From: a virus
Lineage: Duplodnaviria; Heunggongvirae; Uroviricota; Caudoviricetes
Virus record (IMG/VR): IMGVR_UViG_2531839446_000026
Span: 1-29,517 of that record
Direction: 5' to 3' (one strand)
DNA length: 29,517 nucleotides
Shown here: positions 17,851 to 28,453 of the stretch, one piece after another
Layout of the letters: each line of letters starts with the position of its first letter
Numbering within the stretch: position 1 is the stretch's first letter
Position numbers and translations under genes: made by a program
The notes under the pieces: model-generated
Told to the model about the DNA's origin: nothing
Seen by the model: the letters and a program-made list of their open reading frames with translations, nothing else
Databases searched by the model: none

Positions 17851-19678
17851 ATTTGAGCTTAAGGCGTTGATCACCGGTGTCGACAGGCTTTCTCCCGCGC
17901 TGTCGAAAATGCAAAAGAAAATCCGGGGATTTAAACGCCAGGCGGAAGAAGCGTCACAGGGTGGGCTGGCGCTTGGTGGAGGACTGGCAGCGGGGCTGAC
18001 GCTTTCCCTGAAATCTTATGCCGATCAGGAAAACGCCGCTACCGGGCTGAAAGTCGCCATGATGGATGCGAACGGCGAGGTTGGAAAGAGCTTTCAGGAC
18101 ATCAATAAACTGGCTATTGGCCTGGGTAACCAGCTACCCGGTACAACGGCTGATTTCCAGAACATGATGCAGATGCTGGTGCGTCAGGGGATCCCGGCAG
18201 AAAACATTCTGGGTGGTGTGGGTAAAGCGACAGCTTATCTTGCGGTACAACTGAAAAAAACACCGGAAGCGGCTGCTGAATTTGCTGCAAAGATGCAGGA
18301 TGCTACCGGAACGGCGTCAGAAGACATGATGGGGCTGTTCGACACTATCCAGAAGGCGTTTTATCTGGGCGTTGACGATACCAACATGTTGTCCTTCTTC
18401 ACTAAAACCAGTTCTGTTCTGAAGATGGTGAACAAGGACGGTCTTCAGGCTGCACAGAGCCTTGCCCCCATCAGCGTCATGATGGATCAGATGGGGATGA
18501 ACGGGGAGTCGGCAGGTAATGCCCTGCGAAAAGTTATCCAGTCCGGATTAAGCGTTAAGAAAATCAGGGACGTCAATAAAATCATGGCCCGCCAGAAACT
18601 CGGGGTACAGCTCGATTTTACTGACGGCAAAGGAAGTTTTGGCGGTCTTGATAACATGTTCAGGCAACTGGCAAAGCTGCGAAAACTGACTGACGTTAAG
18701 CGAACAGGTGTACTTAAGGCAATATTTGGTGATGATGCCGAAACCCTTCAGGTGGTCAATGCACTAATCGATAAAGGAAAGGATGGCTACGATCAGATCC
18801 AGCAGAAGATGAATAAACAGGCCAGCCTGAATAAACGTGTTCAGGCCCAGCTTGGTACGCTGTCCAACCTGTGGGAGGCAATGACGGGGACCGCAACTAA
18901 CGGCCTTGCGGCTATTGGCGGCGCATTTTCTGGTGACGCCAAAAATATCACGCAATGGCTGGGGGAGTTAGGGGAAAAATTCACGAAGTTTGCGGATGAA
19001 AATCCCCGGGTTATTCGCGGCGTCGTCGGGCTTGCTGCCGGTCTTGCGATTCTGAAACTGGGATTGATGGGCGTTGGCGGTGCCATCAGTATTGTCAGCA
19101 GGATCATGTCGATGACGCCGATTGGAATGATTGCGACGGCGATAGCCCTGGCTGCGGGATTAATTATCACTAACTGGGATGTTGTCGGACCTTATTTCAA
19201 GAAGCTCTGGGAAACCATTGGTCCTTATTTTGAGGCTGGCTGGGAACTTCTGAAGAAGGTTTTTGCCTGGTCGCCGCTGGGGATGGTAATCAATAACTGG
19301 GGACCGGTTGTTAAGTGGTTTCAGGATATGTGGGACAAACTGAAGCCAATTATTGAGTGGTTTACCGACAGTTCCGGTGACACGGTCGATGCCATTAACT
19401 CTGCGCAGTGGGGCGCGGGTGCTTATGATGCTTATGGGACGGGAATACCGGCACGGGGATACACACCTTATCAGGCGGTAGATCCGGCTCAGTCAAACAA
19501 CGCCTCCGGTGCCACAGGCCCGAATCCCTTCATGATTAACAAAGCTTCTGCGCCAAAAGTTGATGGTGAGATCAAGGTCTCTTTTGTGAATTCGCCTCCG
19601 GGTATGCGGGTTATGGAAACGCGATCCAGCGGTTTTGATGTCAGCCATGATGTTGGCTATACGCGCTTTGGCAGGTAA
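17843..19678 (+). CDS. Tail tape measure protein
   Basis: 611-aa ORF, Ala/Gly-rich with hydrophobic C-terminal segments; canonical position after the frameshifting chaperone. Confidence 0.9.
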   Translation: MAEFELKALITGVDRLSPALSKMQKKIRGFKRQAEEASQGGLALGGGLAAGLTLSLKSYADQENAATGLKVAMMDANGEVGKSFQDINKLAIGLGNQLPGTTADFQNMMQMLVRQGIPAENILGGVGKATAYLAVQLKKTPEAAAEFAAKMQDATGTASEDMMGLFDTIQKAFYLGVDDTNMLSFFTKTSSVLKMVNKDGLQAAQSLAPISVMMDQMGMNGESAGNALRKVIQSGLSVKKIRDVNKIMARQKLGVQLDFTDGKGSFGGLDNMFRQLAKLRKLTDVKRTGVLKAIFGDDAETLQVVNALIDKGKDGYDQIQQKMNKQASLNKRVQAQLGTLSNLWEAMTGTATNGLAAIGGAFSGDAKNITQWLGELGEKFTKFADENPRVIRGVVGLAAGLAILKLGLMGVGGAISIVSRIMSMTPIGMIATAIALAAGLIITNWDVVGPYFKKLWETIGPYFEAGWELLKKVFAWSPLGMVINNWGPVVKWFQDMWDKLKPIIEWFTDSSGDTVDAINSAQWGAGAYDAYGTGIPARGYTPYQAVDPAQSNNASGATGPNPFMINKASAPKVDGEIKVSFVNSPPGMRVMETRSSGFDVSHDVGYTRFGR

Positions 19679-19738
19679 TGAAAAATTAATCTGTTAATGA
19701 GTCCCACTCCGGTGGGATTTTTTATGTACGGAGTTTAT

Positions 19739-21067
19739 ATGACGTGGAAAGACAGACTTCAGGACGCGTCATTTCGCGGTGTGCCGTTTAAGGTTGAAGA
19801 AGAAAGTGCGGGAACCGGTCGTCGTGTGGAAACGCACGAATACCCGAACCGCGACAAACCCTATACCGAAGACCTGGGGAAAATCACTTTCCGCCCGTCC
19901 ATCACAGCTTATGTGGTGGGAGATGACTGCTTTGACCAGCGCGATCGCCTGATTGACGCGCTGAATAAACCCGGTCCCGGCACGCTTGTCCATCCGACTT
20001 ACGGTGAGCTGAAAGTCTGTGTTGACGGGGAAGTTCGGGTCAGCACATCGAAGAGTGAAGGGCGTATTGTCCGCTTTGACCTGAAGTTTGTCGAAGCGGG
20101 AGAACTCTCTTACCCCACTTCAGGTGCGGCGACGGCGCAGACGCTGATGTCATCCTGTTCTGCACTGGATGACTGCATCAGTGACAGCTTCAGTGGTTTC
20201 AGTATCGATGGCGTGGCAGATTTTGTGCAGAACGACGTCGTCGGTAATGCCAGCACAATGCTTGGGTATGTTTCTGATGCGATGAAAGTGGTGGATTCTG
20301 CCGTATCGGATGCCGCCAGGCTGTTGCAGGGGGATATCTCGGTACTTCTGCCGCCACCATCGTCAGGCAAAAATTTCGTTGAGCAGGTGCAGAAAATGTG
20401 GCGTACCGGGAAACGCCTTTATGGTAACGCCAGCGACCTGGTCACCATGATCAAAACGCTTTCCGGTGTCAGCCTCGGCAGCGATCTGCAACCGCGCGGC
20501 GTCTGGAAAACGGACAGTAAAACTACCGCCACGGCGACGCAGCAGCGTAACGTGGTTGCCAGCACCCTTCGTACGACCGCAATCAGCGAAGCGGCGTATG
20601 CCGTCACACGATTGCCTGCGCCCACAACTTCCGCGGTGATGCAGAATGCCACAGTAGGGCAGTCAACAACACCCGCGCAGAGCACCGGCTGGCCTTCTGT
20701 CACGCATCCGGCACTGAACAATGCACCGGCGGTGAAAAACACGGTTGACCTGCCAACGTGGGAAGAACTGACCGACATTCGCGACACACTGAATACGGCA
20801 ATTGATAAGGAGTTGTCCCGTACAACCAGTGATGCGCTGTTTCTGGCGCTGCGCCGGGTGAAAGCAGATCTGAATGCGGATATCAACACGCGCCTTGAAC
20901 AGTCTGCACGGATCATTCAGCGCACGCCGGATGAGGTTTTACCCGCGCTGGTGCTGGCGGCGACCTGGTTTGATAACGCGGCGCGTGACGCGGACATTAT
21001 CCGGCGTAATGCCATTACGCATCCCGGCTTTGTGCCGGTGATCCCTCTGAAGGTGCCAGTGCAATGA
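19739..21067 (+). CDS. Mu gpN-like DNA circularisation / baseplate hub protein
   Basis: N-terminus MTWKDRLQDASFRGVPFKVE.....GRR...HEYP; GGAG 5 nt upstream of ATG 19739 (ORF table starts at 19697). Confidence 0.85.
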   Translation: MTWKDRLQDASFRGVPFKVEEESAGTGRRVETHEYPNRDKPYTEDLGKITFRPSITAYVVGDDCFDQRDRLIDALNKPGPGTLVHPTYGELKVCVDGEVRVSTSKSEGRIVRFDLKFVEAGELSYPTSGAATAQTLMSSCSALDDCISDSFSGFSIDGVADFVQNDVVGNASTMLGYVSDAMKVVDSAVSDAARLLQGDISVLLPPPSSGKNFVEQVQKMWRTGKRLYGNASDLVTMIKTLSGVSLGSDLQPRGVWKTDSKTTATATQQRNVVASTLRTTAISEAAYAVTRLPAPTTSAVMQNATVGQSTTPAQSTGWPSVTHPALNNAPAVKNTVDLPTWEELTDIRDTLNTAIDKELSRTTSDALFLALRRVKADLNADINTRLEQSARIIQRTPDEVLPALVLAATWFDNAARDADIIRRNAITHPGFVPVIPLKVPVQ

Positions 21068-22143
21068 ACGATAACGTCACGCTACGGGTAAATGGCCGGG
21101 AGTGGAATGGCTGGACATCGGTGCGCATCGGTGCCGGTGTTGAACGACTGGCGCGGGATTTCAGTGTGGAGATCACCCGCCAGTGGCCGGGAGATGAGGG
21201 TATCACCACGCTTCAGCCGCGCATTAAAAACGGTTCAAAAGTGGAAGTGCTAATTGGTGATGAGCTGGTGATCACCGGCTGGGTGGAGGCGACTCCCGTT
21301 CGTTACGATGCCCGTTCGGTCAGCACCGGTATTGCCGGACGTAGTCTGACGGCTGACCTGATTGACTGTGCAGCCGAACCGACACAGTTTAACGGACGCT
21401 CGCTGGTGCAGATTGCGCAGGCGCTTGCTGCGCCTTTCGGCATTGAGGTGGTGAACAGCGGTGCGCCGTCGGGTGTTATTCCTGATGTTCAGCCTGATCA
21501 CGGTGAAACGGTGATTGAGGTAATCAACAAAATACTCGGTCAGCAGCAGGCGCTGGCTTACGACGACCCGCACGGCAGGCTGGTGATTGGCGGTATTGGC
21601 TCAACGCGGGCACATACCGCGCTGGTACTTGGGGAAAACATCCTTTCCTGTGATACGGAGAAGAGTATCCGGGAGCGATTTTCTGTTTACCAGGTGGCGG
21701 GGCAGCGTGCCGGAAACGACGATGATTTCGGTGAGGCCACCACCACCGCGCTGCGGGCCCGCACAGAGGACGCATTTATTGCCCGTTACCGTCCGATGTA
21801 TATCAGGCAGACAGGGCAGGCTACGGGGGCAGGTTGTATTGCCCGTGCGGACTTTGAAGCCCGACAACGGGCGGCGCGGACGGATGAAACCACCTATGTG
21901 GTGCAGGGCTGGCGACAGGGTAACGGTACGCTGTGGCAGCCCAACCAGCGGGTGATTGTCTTCGATCCGGTCTGTGGTTTCGACAATACCGAACTGCTTG
22001 TTTCGGAAGTCACGTTTACTCAGGACCAGAACGGCACCCTGACGGAAATCCGTGTCGGCCCACCTGATGCTTATCTGCCTGAACCCGAAGCCCCCGGCGC
22101 GCGGAAAAAGAAAAAAGCCAGAGTACAGGAGGACCCGTTCTGA
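21064..22143 (+). CDS. Mu gpP-like baseplate protein
   Basis: 359-aa ORF in Mu-type baseplate gene order (N-P-V-gp46-J-gp48); start overlaps upstream stop. Confidence 0.8.
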   Translation: MNDNVTLRVNGREWNGWTSVRIGAGVERLARDFSVEITRQWPGDEGITTLQPRIKNGSKVEVLIGDELVITGWVEATPVRYDARSVSTGIAGRSLTADLIDCAAEPTQFNGRSLVQIAQALAAPFGIEVVNSGAPSGVIPDVQPDHGETVIEVINKILGQQQALAYDDPHGRLVIGGIGSTRAHTALVLGENILSCDTEKSIRERFSVYQVAGQRAGNDDDFGEATTTALRARTEDAFIARYRPMYIRQTGQATGAGCIARADFEARQRAARTDETTYVVQGWRQGNGTLWQPNQRVIVFDPVCGFDNTELLVSEVTFTQDQNGTLTEIRVGPPDAYLPEPEAPGARKKKKARVQEDPF

Positions 22144-22691
22144 TGAGGACGATTGAAGCCATGCAGCGACAACTCCTCGGCCTGATTGGGCGGGCAGTGG
22201 TGAAAAGCATCAGTGCCGCCACGAAATGTCAGACCGTGGATGTGTCCCTGATTGCCGGTGAACCCAAAGCCGGGGTTGAACATCTTGAACCCTACGGTTT
22301 TACCGCAAGGGCAAACAGCGGTGCGGAAGCGGTGGTGTTGTTTCCGGATGGCGACCGTTCTCATGCGGTGGTTGTTACGGTGTCGGACCGGCGCTACCGC
22401 CTGAAAGGGCTGCAGACGGGTGAGGTGGCGGTCTATGACGATCAGGGGCAGTCCGTGACGCTGACCCGGGAGGGGATCGTGGTGGACGGTGCAGGTAAAA
22501 CGATCACGTTTCGCAATGCACCTGAAGCACGTTTTGAAATGGACCTGGAAGTGACAGGACAGGTGAAAGACCTGTGCGACTCCAGCGGCACCACCATGTC
22601 AGCGATGCGGCTTGCCTATAACGGGCATCGTCACAGAGAGAACGGTCAGGGCAGTAACACCGACAAACCTGATAAAGCGATGGAGGCATGA
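22143..22691 (+). CDS. Baseplate assembly protein V (gp45-like spike)
   Basis: 182-aa ORF; ..EPYGFTARAN.GAEAVVLFPDGDRSH.VVV.. pattern of V/gp45 proteins. Confidence 0.85.
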   Translation: MRTIEAMQRQLLGLIGRAVVKSISAATKCQTVDVSLIAGEPKAGVEHLEPYGFTARANSGAEAVVLFPDGDRSHAVVVTVSDRRYRLKGLQTGEVAVYDDQGQSVTLTREGIVVDGAGKTITFRNAPEARFEMDLEVTGQVKDLCDSSGTTMSAMRLAYNGHRHRENGQGSNTDKPDKAMEA

Positions 22692-23116
22692 TGGAACTGT
22701 GGCTGACGGTGAACGGTAAACGCACCTGCGCCAGCGCACCGCTGGATCCGCTGACCCGCGCCGTGGTGATTTCCCTGTTTACCTGGCGGCGGGCGGAGCC
22801 TGATGACAATGCCGACGTCCCGATGGGATGGTGGGGGGATACCTGGCCTGCGGTACAGAATGACCGTTACGGCTCTCGACTGTGGCTGCTTCAGCGCAGC
22901 AAACTGACCAATCAGCTGGTGCAGACGGTAAGGGAGTATATCCGCGAATGCCTGCAATGGATGATTGATGATGGCGTGGTGTCCCGTATTGATCTGGATA
23001 TCCGCCGCACCGGGATTAATGAACTGGGTAACAGTATCACTCTCTGGCGTCGTGACGGACCGGTAATGATTTCTTTTGATGATCTGTGGAGTGCGATAAC
23101 GCATGGCGGACAGTGA
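22688..23116 (+). CDS. Baseplate protein, phage GP46 family
   Basis: 142-aa ORF between the V and J-like genes. Confidence 0.75.
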   Translation: MMELWLTVNGKRTCASAPLDPLTRAVVISLFTWRRAEPDDNADVPMGWWGDTWPAVQNDRYGSRLWLLQRSKLTNQLVQTVREYIRECLQWMIDDGVVSRIDLDIRRTGINELGNSITLWRRDGPVMISFDDLWSAITHGGQ

Positions 23117-24161
23117 ATTTCAGCGCCCGACGCTGGCAGAAAATATCAGTATGCTCCGTAACGATTTATTCGCCAGGCTGGACGTCAGCGACACGCTCCG
23201 GCGCATGGATGAAGACGTGCGGGCAAAGGTGTATGCGGCGGCGCTGCATACGGTTTACGGGTACATCGATTATCTGGCAATGAACATTCTGCCTGACCTG
23301 TGCGATGAGTCCTGGCTGGCGCGACATGCTGCGATGAAACGGTGTCCGCGCAAGGGGGCCACGGCTGCCAGCGGGTATATACGCTGGGAAGGTGTCAGCG
23401 ATGGCCTGAAGGTGACCGCCGGGAGTGTTATTCAGCGCGATGACCTGGTTCAGTACACGGCAACTGCCGATGCAACCAGCTCCGGTGGTGTCCTGCGCGT
23501 GCCGATCGCCTGCTCAAGTGCAGGCGCGGTCGGTAACGCTGACGACGGTACGTCATTAATCCTGGTCACGCCGGTTAATGGTCTGCCGTCTTCCGGTGTG
23601 GCTGACCCCCTTACAGGCGGATTTGATACTGAAGAGCTGGAAACGTGGCGCGCCCGCGTCATTGAGCGGTATTACTGGACGCCGCAGGGCGGGGCTGACG
23701 GGGACTATGTCGTCTGGGCTAAAGAAGTGCCCGGCATTACCCGCGCATGGACATACCGTCACTGGATGGGAACGGGGACTGTCGGTGTGATGATTGCCGG
23801 CAGTGACCTGATTAATCCCATTCCGGAAGAATCAACGGAAACGGCGGCAAGACAACACATTGAGCCACTGGCCCCGGTGGCAGGCTCTGATTTGTATGTG
23901 TTCAGGCCGGTGGCGCATACGGTGGATTTTCATATCCGCGTGACGCCGGACACACCGGAAATACGAGCCGCCATCACTGCTGAGTTGCGTTCGTTCCTGC
24001 TGCGTGATGGTTATCCGCAGGGAGAACTGAAGGTGTCGCGTATCAGTGAAGCGATTTCCGGTGCGAACGGGGAATACAGCCATCAATTGCTTGCACCGGC
24101 GGACAATATCTCCATTGCAAAAAATGAACTGGCGGTTCTGGGGACGATTTCATGGACGTGA
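23103..24161 (+). CDS. Baseplate J-like protein (gp47 / JayE-like)
   Basis: 352-aa ORF in conserved position. Confidence 0.85.
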   Translation: MADSEFQRPTLAENISMLRNDLFARLDVSDTLRRMDEDVRAKVYAAALHTVYGYIDYLAMNILPDLCDESWLARHAAMKRCPRKGATAASGYIRWEGVSDGLKVTAGSVIQRDDLVQYTATADATSSGGVLRVPIACSSAGAVGNADDGTSLILVTPVNGLPSSGVADPLTGGFDTEELETWRARVIERYYWTPQGGADGDYVVWAKEVPGITRAWTYRHWMGTGTVGVMIAGSDLINPIPEESTETAARQHIEPLAPVAGSDLYVFRPVAHTVDFHIRVTPDTPEIRAAITAELRSFLLRDGYPQGELKVSRISEAISGANGEYSHQLLAPADNISIAKNELAVLGTISWT

Positions 24162-24736
24162 CAAACGATGATTACATCCGTCTGTTGTCGGCACTGCTGC
24201 CGCCCGGTCCGGCGTGGTCAGCCAGCGATCCGGCGATTGCCGGTGCGGCACCGTCATTAACTCGTGTTCATCAGCGTGCGGATGCCCTGATGCGGGAGCT
24301 GGATCCGCGCACCACCACTGAACTGATAAACCGCTGGGAGCGTCTGTGCGGTCTGCCGGATGAATGTATTCCGGCGGGAACGCAGACCCTTCGCCAGCGT
24401 CAGCAACGGCTGGATGCGAAGGTTAACCTGGCGGGCGGCATCAACGAGGATTTTTATCTTGCACAGCTTGCTGCCCTGGGCAGACCAGATGCCACCATCA
24501 CGCGATACGACAAAAGCACTTTCACCTGCTCATCGGCCTGTACTGACGCGGTGAATGCACCGGAATGGCGGTATTACTGGCAGGTCAACATGCCAGCCAC
24601 CACCAACACCACCTGGATGACATGTGGCGATCCCTGTGATTCCGCACTGCGTATCTGGGGGGACACCGTTGTCGAGTGCGTGCTTAACAAACTCTGCCCG
24701 TCGCATACCTACGTAATTTTTAAATATCCGGAGTAA
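24152..24736 (+). CDS. Tail protein gp48 / YmfQ-like
   Basis: 194-aa ORF directly upstream of the tail fibre gene; equivalent to e14 ymfQ by position and size. Confidence 0.75.
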   Translation: MDVTNDDYIRLLSALLPPGPAWSASDPAIAGAAPSLTRVHQRADALMRELDPRTTTELINRWERLCGLPDECIPAGTQTLRQRQQRLDAKVNLAGGINEDFYLAQLAALGRPDATITRYDKSTFTCSSACTDAVNAPEWRYYWQVNMPATTNTTWMTCGDPCDSALRIWGDTVVECVLNKLCPSHTYVIFKYPE

Positions 24737-24739
24737 TCC

Positions 24740-25480
24740 ATGCATCGTATAGACACGAAAACCGCGCAGAAGGATAAGTTCGGCGCGGGTAAGAACGGTT
24801 TTACCCGTGGTAACCCCCAGACTGGCACGCCTGCCACCGATCTGGATGATGACTACTTTGACATGTTGCAGGAGGAACTTTGCAGCGTGGTGGAGGCATC
24901 CGATGCCAGCCTGGAGAAGGGGCGGCACGACCAGTTACTTACCGCACTTCGCGCGCTGCTGTTAAGCCGCAAGAATCCGTTTGGCGATATCAAATCGGAT
25001 GGCACTGTGCAAACGGCTCTCGAAAACCTTGGTTTGGGAGAAGGCTCTGCATTACCTGTTGGTGTCCCTGTTCCGTGGCCTTCAGCTACGCCGCCAACAG
25101 GCTGGCTGAAATGCAATGGCGCTGCCTTTGATAAGGTTAAATATCCCCGTCTTGCTACAGCATATCCATCAGGGAAACTACCTGATCTCCGCGGTGAGTT
25201 TATTCGTGGCTGGGATGATGGGCGCGGCATTGATACAGGGCGTGCTTTATTGAGTATTCAGAGTGATGAAGTCAGAAAGCTCGCATTAAAATACTGGGGA
25301 CCAGCTTCAAACAGTTCACCATCAAAAACATTTGCACTCAGCGACAGTGCCGGTGGCGGGTTGTACACGGATGGAATAAGTCAGGCAAGCGGTGGGATTA
25401 TCAACGCTTTTCAGCTCCCTGGCGGTAACGAAACCCGCCCACGAAATGTTGCATTTAACTATATCGTGAGGGCTGCATAA
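24740..25480 (+). CDS. Side tail fibre protein: constant N-terminal part fused to the currently expressed variable C-terminal part (Sv)
   Basis: Tail-collar-like C-terminal domain ([14 protein letters not shown]....YP.LA.....[21 protein letters not shown]); an inversion crossover site lies inside the gene at 25029-25043. Confidence 0.85.
   Translation: MHRIDTKTAQKDKFGAGKNGFTRGNPQTGTPATDLDDDYFDMLQEELCSVVEASDASLEKGRHDQLLTALRALLLSRKNPFGDIKSDGTVQTALENLGLGEGSALPVGVPVPWPSATPPTGWLKCNGAAFDKVKYPRLATAYPSGKLPDLRGEFIRGWDDGRGIDTGRALLSIQSDEVRKLALKYWGPASNSSPSKTFALSDSAGGGLYTDGISQASGGIINAFQLPGGNETRPRNVAFNYIVRAA
25029..25043. repeat. Left inverted-repeat core of the Pin-type invertible segment (gix/pix-like crossover site)
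   Basis: ttggtttgggagaag is the exact reverse complement of 26877-26891; flanking bases extend the similarity to ~21 of 25. Confidence 0.75.
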
Positions 25481-26082
25481 TGGATAATGTTGTATTAAAT
25501 AGCGAGTTTATTGCCACGAAGGCGGGGAATATTACCGTCTATAACTATGATAGTGAAACACGGGAATATATTTCCACATCAACTGAATATCTTGCTGTGG
25601 GTGTCGGTATTCCGGCATGTTCCTGTCTTGATGCACCTGGCATACATAAGGTTGGTTATGCAATCTGTCGTTCTGTGAATTTAAATTCATGGGAATATGT
25701 GCCAGACCATCGCGGTGAAATCGTCTATAGCACAGAAACAGGAGAATCAAAAGAAATCACAGCTCCGGGTGATTACCCTGAAAATACAACCACTATCGCC
25801 CCTTTATCTCCATACGATAAATGGGATGGTGAGAAATGGGTGACCGATACTGAGGCACAGCATAGCGCCGCAGTAGACGCGGCAGAAGCACAGCGCCAGT
25901 CACTGATTGATGCTGCTATGGCTTCCATCAGTCTGATTCAACTGAAATTGCAGGCCGGACGGAAACTGACGCAGGCAGAAACAACCCGACTTAACGCCGT
26001 GCTGGATTACACTGACGCGGTGACGGCAACAGATACCAGCACCGCGCCGGATGTCATCTGGCCTGAACTGCCGGAGGCGTAG
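25480..26082 (+). CDS. Tail fibre assembly protein (Tfa), active orientation
   Basis: 200-aa ORF whose start overlaps the tail fibre stop (TAATG); C-terminal ..TAPDVIWPELPEA motif typical of Tfa chaperones. Confidence 0.85.
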   Translation: MDNVVLNSEFIATKAGNITVYNYDSETREYISTSTEYLAVGVGIPACSCLDAPGIHKVGYAICRSVNLNSWEYVPDHRGEIVYSTETGESKEITAPGDYPENTTTIAPLSPYDKWDGEKWVTDTEAQHSAAVDAAEAQRQSLIDAAMASISLIQLKLQAGRKLTQAETTRLNAVLDYTDAVTATDTSTAPDVIWPELPEA

Positions 26083-26506
26083 GCCATTTAATATCTGGCG
26101 CACCGGAAGTATCGACCAGTTCCAGTGCGTCCAGATAATCCAGCCACAGATTATATTGCGCCAGTTCCTCGCCTTTCAGACGACCAATAGCGGCTTTACC
26201 GGGCCATTGTTTACTGTTCATATAATCGTTGGCCTGATTAATTAGTAGCTGTCTTTCTGATTCAGTAATTTCAATAAGTTCTTCATGCGTAGGGGCAGGA
26301 ATATCCGCCCACGCGGGCAGCCCATCACCTCCGGCAATACGGATTTTTCCTTGTGGCGGTTCAGCCATAAATTCACTGATAATATTTTGACTCACCTCCT
26401 TAGCATCTGATAAATCCCATCCCTCTGATTTATATTTATCAATCATATCCACAGGGAAAAAAGCATTATGCCTTGCGCTATAAACATATTCGTTCATATA
26501 AATCAT
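26054..26506 (-). CDS. Alternative tail fibre assembly protein (Tfa'), silent orientation
   Basis: 150-aa ORF on the opposite strand inside the invertible segment; C-terminal ..GAPDIKWPTPP.. parallels Tfa. Confidence 0.8.
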   Translation of the reverse strand: MIYMNEYVYSARHNAFFPVDMIDKYKSEGWDLSDAKEVSQNIISEFMAEPPQGKIRIAGGDGLPAWADIPAPTHEELIEITESERQLLINQANDYMNSKQWPGKAAIGRLKGEELAQYNLWLDYLDALELVDTSGAPDIKWPTPPAVQAR

Positions 26507-26517
26507 CCTGAATAAAA

Positions 26518-26931
26518 TTATTCACCAACAGCCCACCAACTGTAAGTCATTGACACCTTGTCGCTGGTTGATGCAGTTCTGTAAGCAGAATTAAAGCCGG
26601 TTAATGTTGGGCCTTCTACGGACATAACGAATCCACGCCCTGCACCAAAAGGCGCACCGCCATCGCCAGAATGGGTAAGAATGGCGATATCCGCTTTTTT
26701 AGGGAAAGGGATAGGAAATGTAATCCTCATTGTTTGCGTCGATAATTTCGGCATAGCCTCACCTCGACCATATTGCAGGATTTTCCCGTTGGGTAATTTC
26801 ATCCATCCATCACCACTGGCAAACGAGGCCATGTCCGGTATCTGATTTTCCCCTGTCCCCACATTCCGTTTTGCCGCTTCTCCCAAACCAACGTTTAAGA
26901 AAATGCAGAGATTATGGCTAACTGGCATCAT
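26518..26931 (-). CDS. Alternative tail fibre variable C-terminal segment (Sv'), promoterless and startless until inversion; only 26518-26891 lies inside the segment
   Basis: Reading frame through the right crossover site encodes ..NVGLGEAAK.., matching ..NLGLGEGSA.. at the left site in the tail fibre gene, so inversion fuses the constant part to this segment. Confidence 0.7.
   Translation of the reverse strand: MMPVSHNLCIFLNVGLGEAAKRNVGTGENQIPDMASFASGDGWMKLPNGKILQYGRGEAMPKLSTQTMRITFPIPFPKKADIAILTHSGDGGAPFGAGRGFVMSVEGPTLTGFNSAYRTASTSDKVSMTYSWWAVGE
26877..26891. repeat. Right inverted-repeat core of the Pin-type invertible segment
   Basis: cttctcccaaaccaa, reverse complement of 25029-25043; ~70 bp upstream of the pin start. 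Confidence 0.75.
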
Positions 26932-26958
26932 CCCCGGTTTTTACTCAGGGGAATGCTC

Positions 26959-27513
26959 ATGCTTATTAGCTATGTCCGCGTATCAACAAATAACCAGAAT
27001 ACGGAATTGCAGCGTAATGCGCTGGAGTGTGCAGGATGTGAGCTGATTTTTGAAGACAAGATAAGCGGTACAAAGTCCGACAGACCAGGACTGAAAAAGC
27101 TGCTCAGGACATTATCGGCAGGTGACACGCTGGTGGTCTGGAAACTGGACCGACTGGGGCGCAGTATGCGGCATCTTGTCGTGCTGGTGGAGGAGTTGCG
27201 CGAACGAGGCATCAACTTTCGTAGTCTGACGGATTCAATTGATACCAGTACCCCAATGGGGCGCTTTTTCTTTCATGTGATGGGTGCCCTGGCTGAAATG
27301 GAGCGTGAACTGATTGTTGAAAGAACAAAAGCTGGACTGGAAGCTGCTCGCGCACAGGGACGAATTGGTGGACGTCGTCCCAAACTTACACCAGAACAAT
27401 GGGAACAGGCCGGACGATTAATTGCATCAGGAGTTCCTCGCCAGAAGGTGGCGATTATCTATGATGTTGGTGTGTCAACTTTGTATAAGAGGTTTCCTGC
27501 AGGGGATAAATAA
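26959..27513 (+). CDS. pin: Serine DNA invertase, Pin/Gin/Hin/Cin family
   Basis: MLISYVRVSTNNQNTELQRNAL... with catalytic Ser in YVRVST and a C-terminal HTH; close to recalled E. coli PinE. ATG at 26959 preferred over the ORF-table start at 26914. Confidence 0.92.
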   Translation: MLISYVRVSTNNQNTELQRNALECAGCELIFEDKISGTKSDRPGLKKLLRTLSAGDTLVVWKLDRLGRSMRHLVVLVEELRERGINFRSLTDSIDTSTPMGRFFFHVMGALAEMERELIVERTKAGLEAARAQGRIGGRRPKLTPEQWEQAGRLIASGVPRQKVAIIYDVGVSTLYKRFPAGDK

Positions 27514-27619
27514 AGTTAAAGACACTTTGTGTACAAAAGAAAGTAAAACAACAGCAACTTGTTGCAATTTTATCAATAAAAGTAGTATTGTCGTGAAAAA
27601 TTGATTAAAGATTAATATT

Positions 27620-28453
27620 ATGCATGTTTTTGATAACAATGGAATTGAACTGAAAGCTGAGTGTTCGATAGGTGAAGAGGATGGTGTTTATGGTCTAATC
27701 CTTGAGTCGTGGGGGCCGGGTGACAGAAACAAAGATTACAATATCGCTCTTGATTATATCATTGAACGGTTGGTTGATTCTGGTGTATCCCAAGTCGTAG
27801 TATATCTGGCGTCATCATCAGTCAGAAAACATATGCATTCTTTGGATGAAAGAAAAATCCATCCTGGTGAATATTTTACTTTGATTGGTAATAGCCCCCG
27901 CGATATACGCTTGAAGATGTGTGGTTATCAGGCTTATTTTAGTCGTACGGGGAGAAAGGAAATTCCTTCCGGCAATAGAACGAAACGAATATTGATAAAT
28001 GTTCCAGGTATTTATAGTGACAGTTTTTGGGCGTCTATAATACGTGGAGAACTATCAGAGCTTTCACAGCCTACAGATGATGAATCGCTTCTGAATATGA
28101 GGGTTAGTAAATTAATTAAGAAAACGTTGAGTCAACCCGAGGGCTCCAGGAAACCAGTTGAGGTAGAAAGACTACAAAAAGTTTATGTCCGAGACCCGAT
28201 GGTAAAAGCTTGGATTTTACAGCAAAGTAAAGGTATATGTGAAAACTGTGGTAAAAATGCTCCGTTTTATTTAAATGATGGAAACCCATATTTGGAAGTG
28301 CATCATGTAATTCCCCTATCTTCAGGTGGTGCTGATACAACAGATAACTGTGTTGCCCTTTGTCCGAATTGCCATAGAGAATTGCACTATAGTAAAAATG
28401 CAAAAGAACTAATCGAGATGCTTTACGTTAATATAAACCGATTACAGAAATAA
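27620..28453 (+). CDS. mcrA: McrA-type HNH restriction endonuclease targeting modified cytosine
   Basis: 277-aa ORF recognised from memory as E. coli e14 McrA; C-terminal HNH motif HHVIPLSSGGADTTDNCVALCPNCHRELH; AT-rich. Confidence 0.9.
   Translation: MHVFDNNGIELKAECSIGEEDGVYGLILESWGPGDRNKDYNIALDYIIERLVDSGVSQVVVYLASSSVRKHMHSLDERKIHPGEYFTLIGNSPRDIRLKMCGYQAYFSRTGRKEIPSGNRTKRILINVPGIYSDSFWASIIRGELSELSQPTDDESLLNMRVSKLIKKTLSQPEGSRKPVEVERLQKVYVRDPMVKAWILQQSKGICENCGKNAPFYLNDGNPYLEVHHVIPLSSGGADTTDNCVALCPNCHRELHYSKNAKELIEMLYVNINRLQK

Larger units (their letters stand above)
25029..26891. other. Invertible tail-fibre DNA segment (~1.86 kb), G/P-segment type
   Basis: Bounded by 15-bp perfect inverted repeats; contains Sv plus tfa on + and tfa' plus Sv' on -; serine invertase gene immediately downstream. 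Confidence 0.75.

Noticed and set aside
20419-20916. 165-aa ORF on the minus strand
   Set aside because: Antisense to the Mu N-like gene; no support.
27422-27604. 60-aa ORF overlapping the pin 3' end
   Set aside because: Out of frame within pin and running into the AT-rich mcrA leader; no support.
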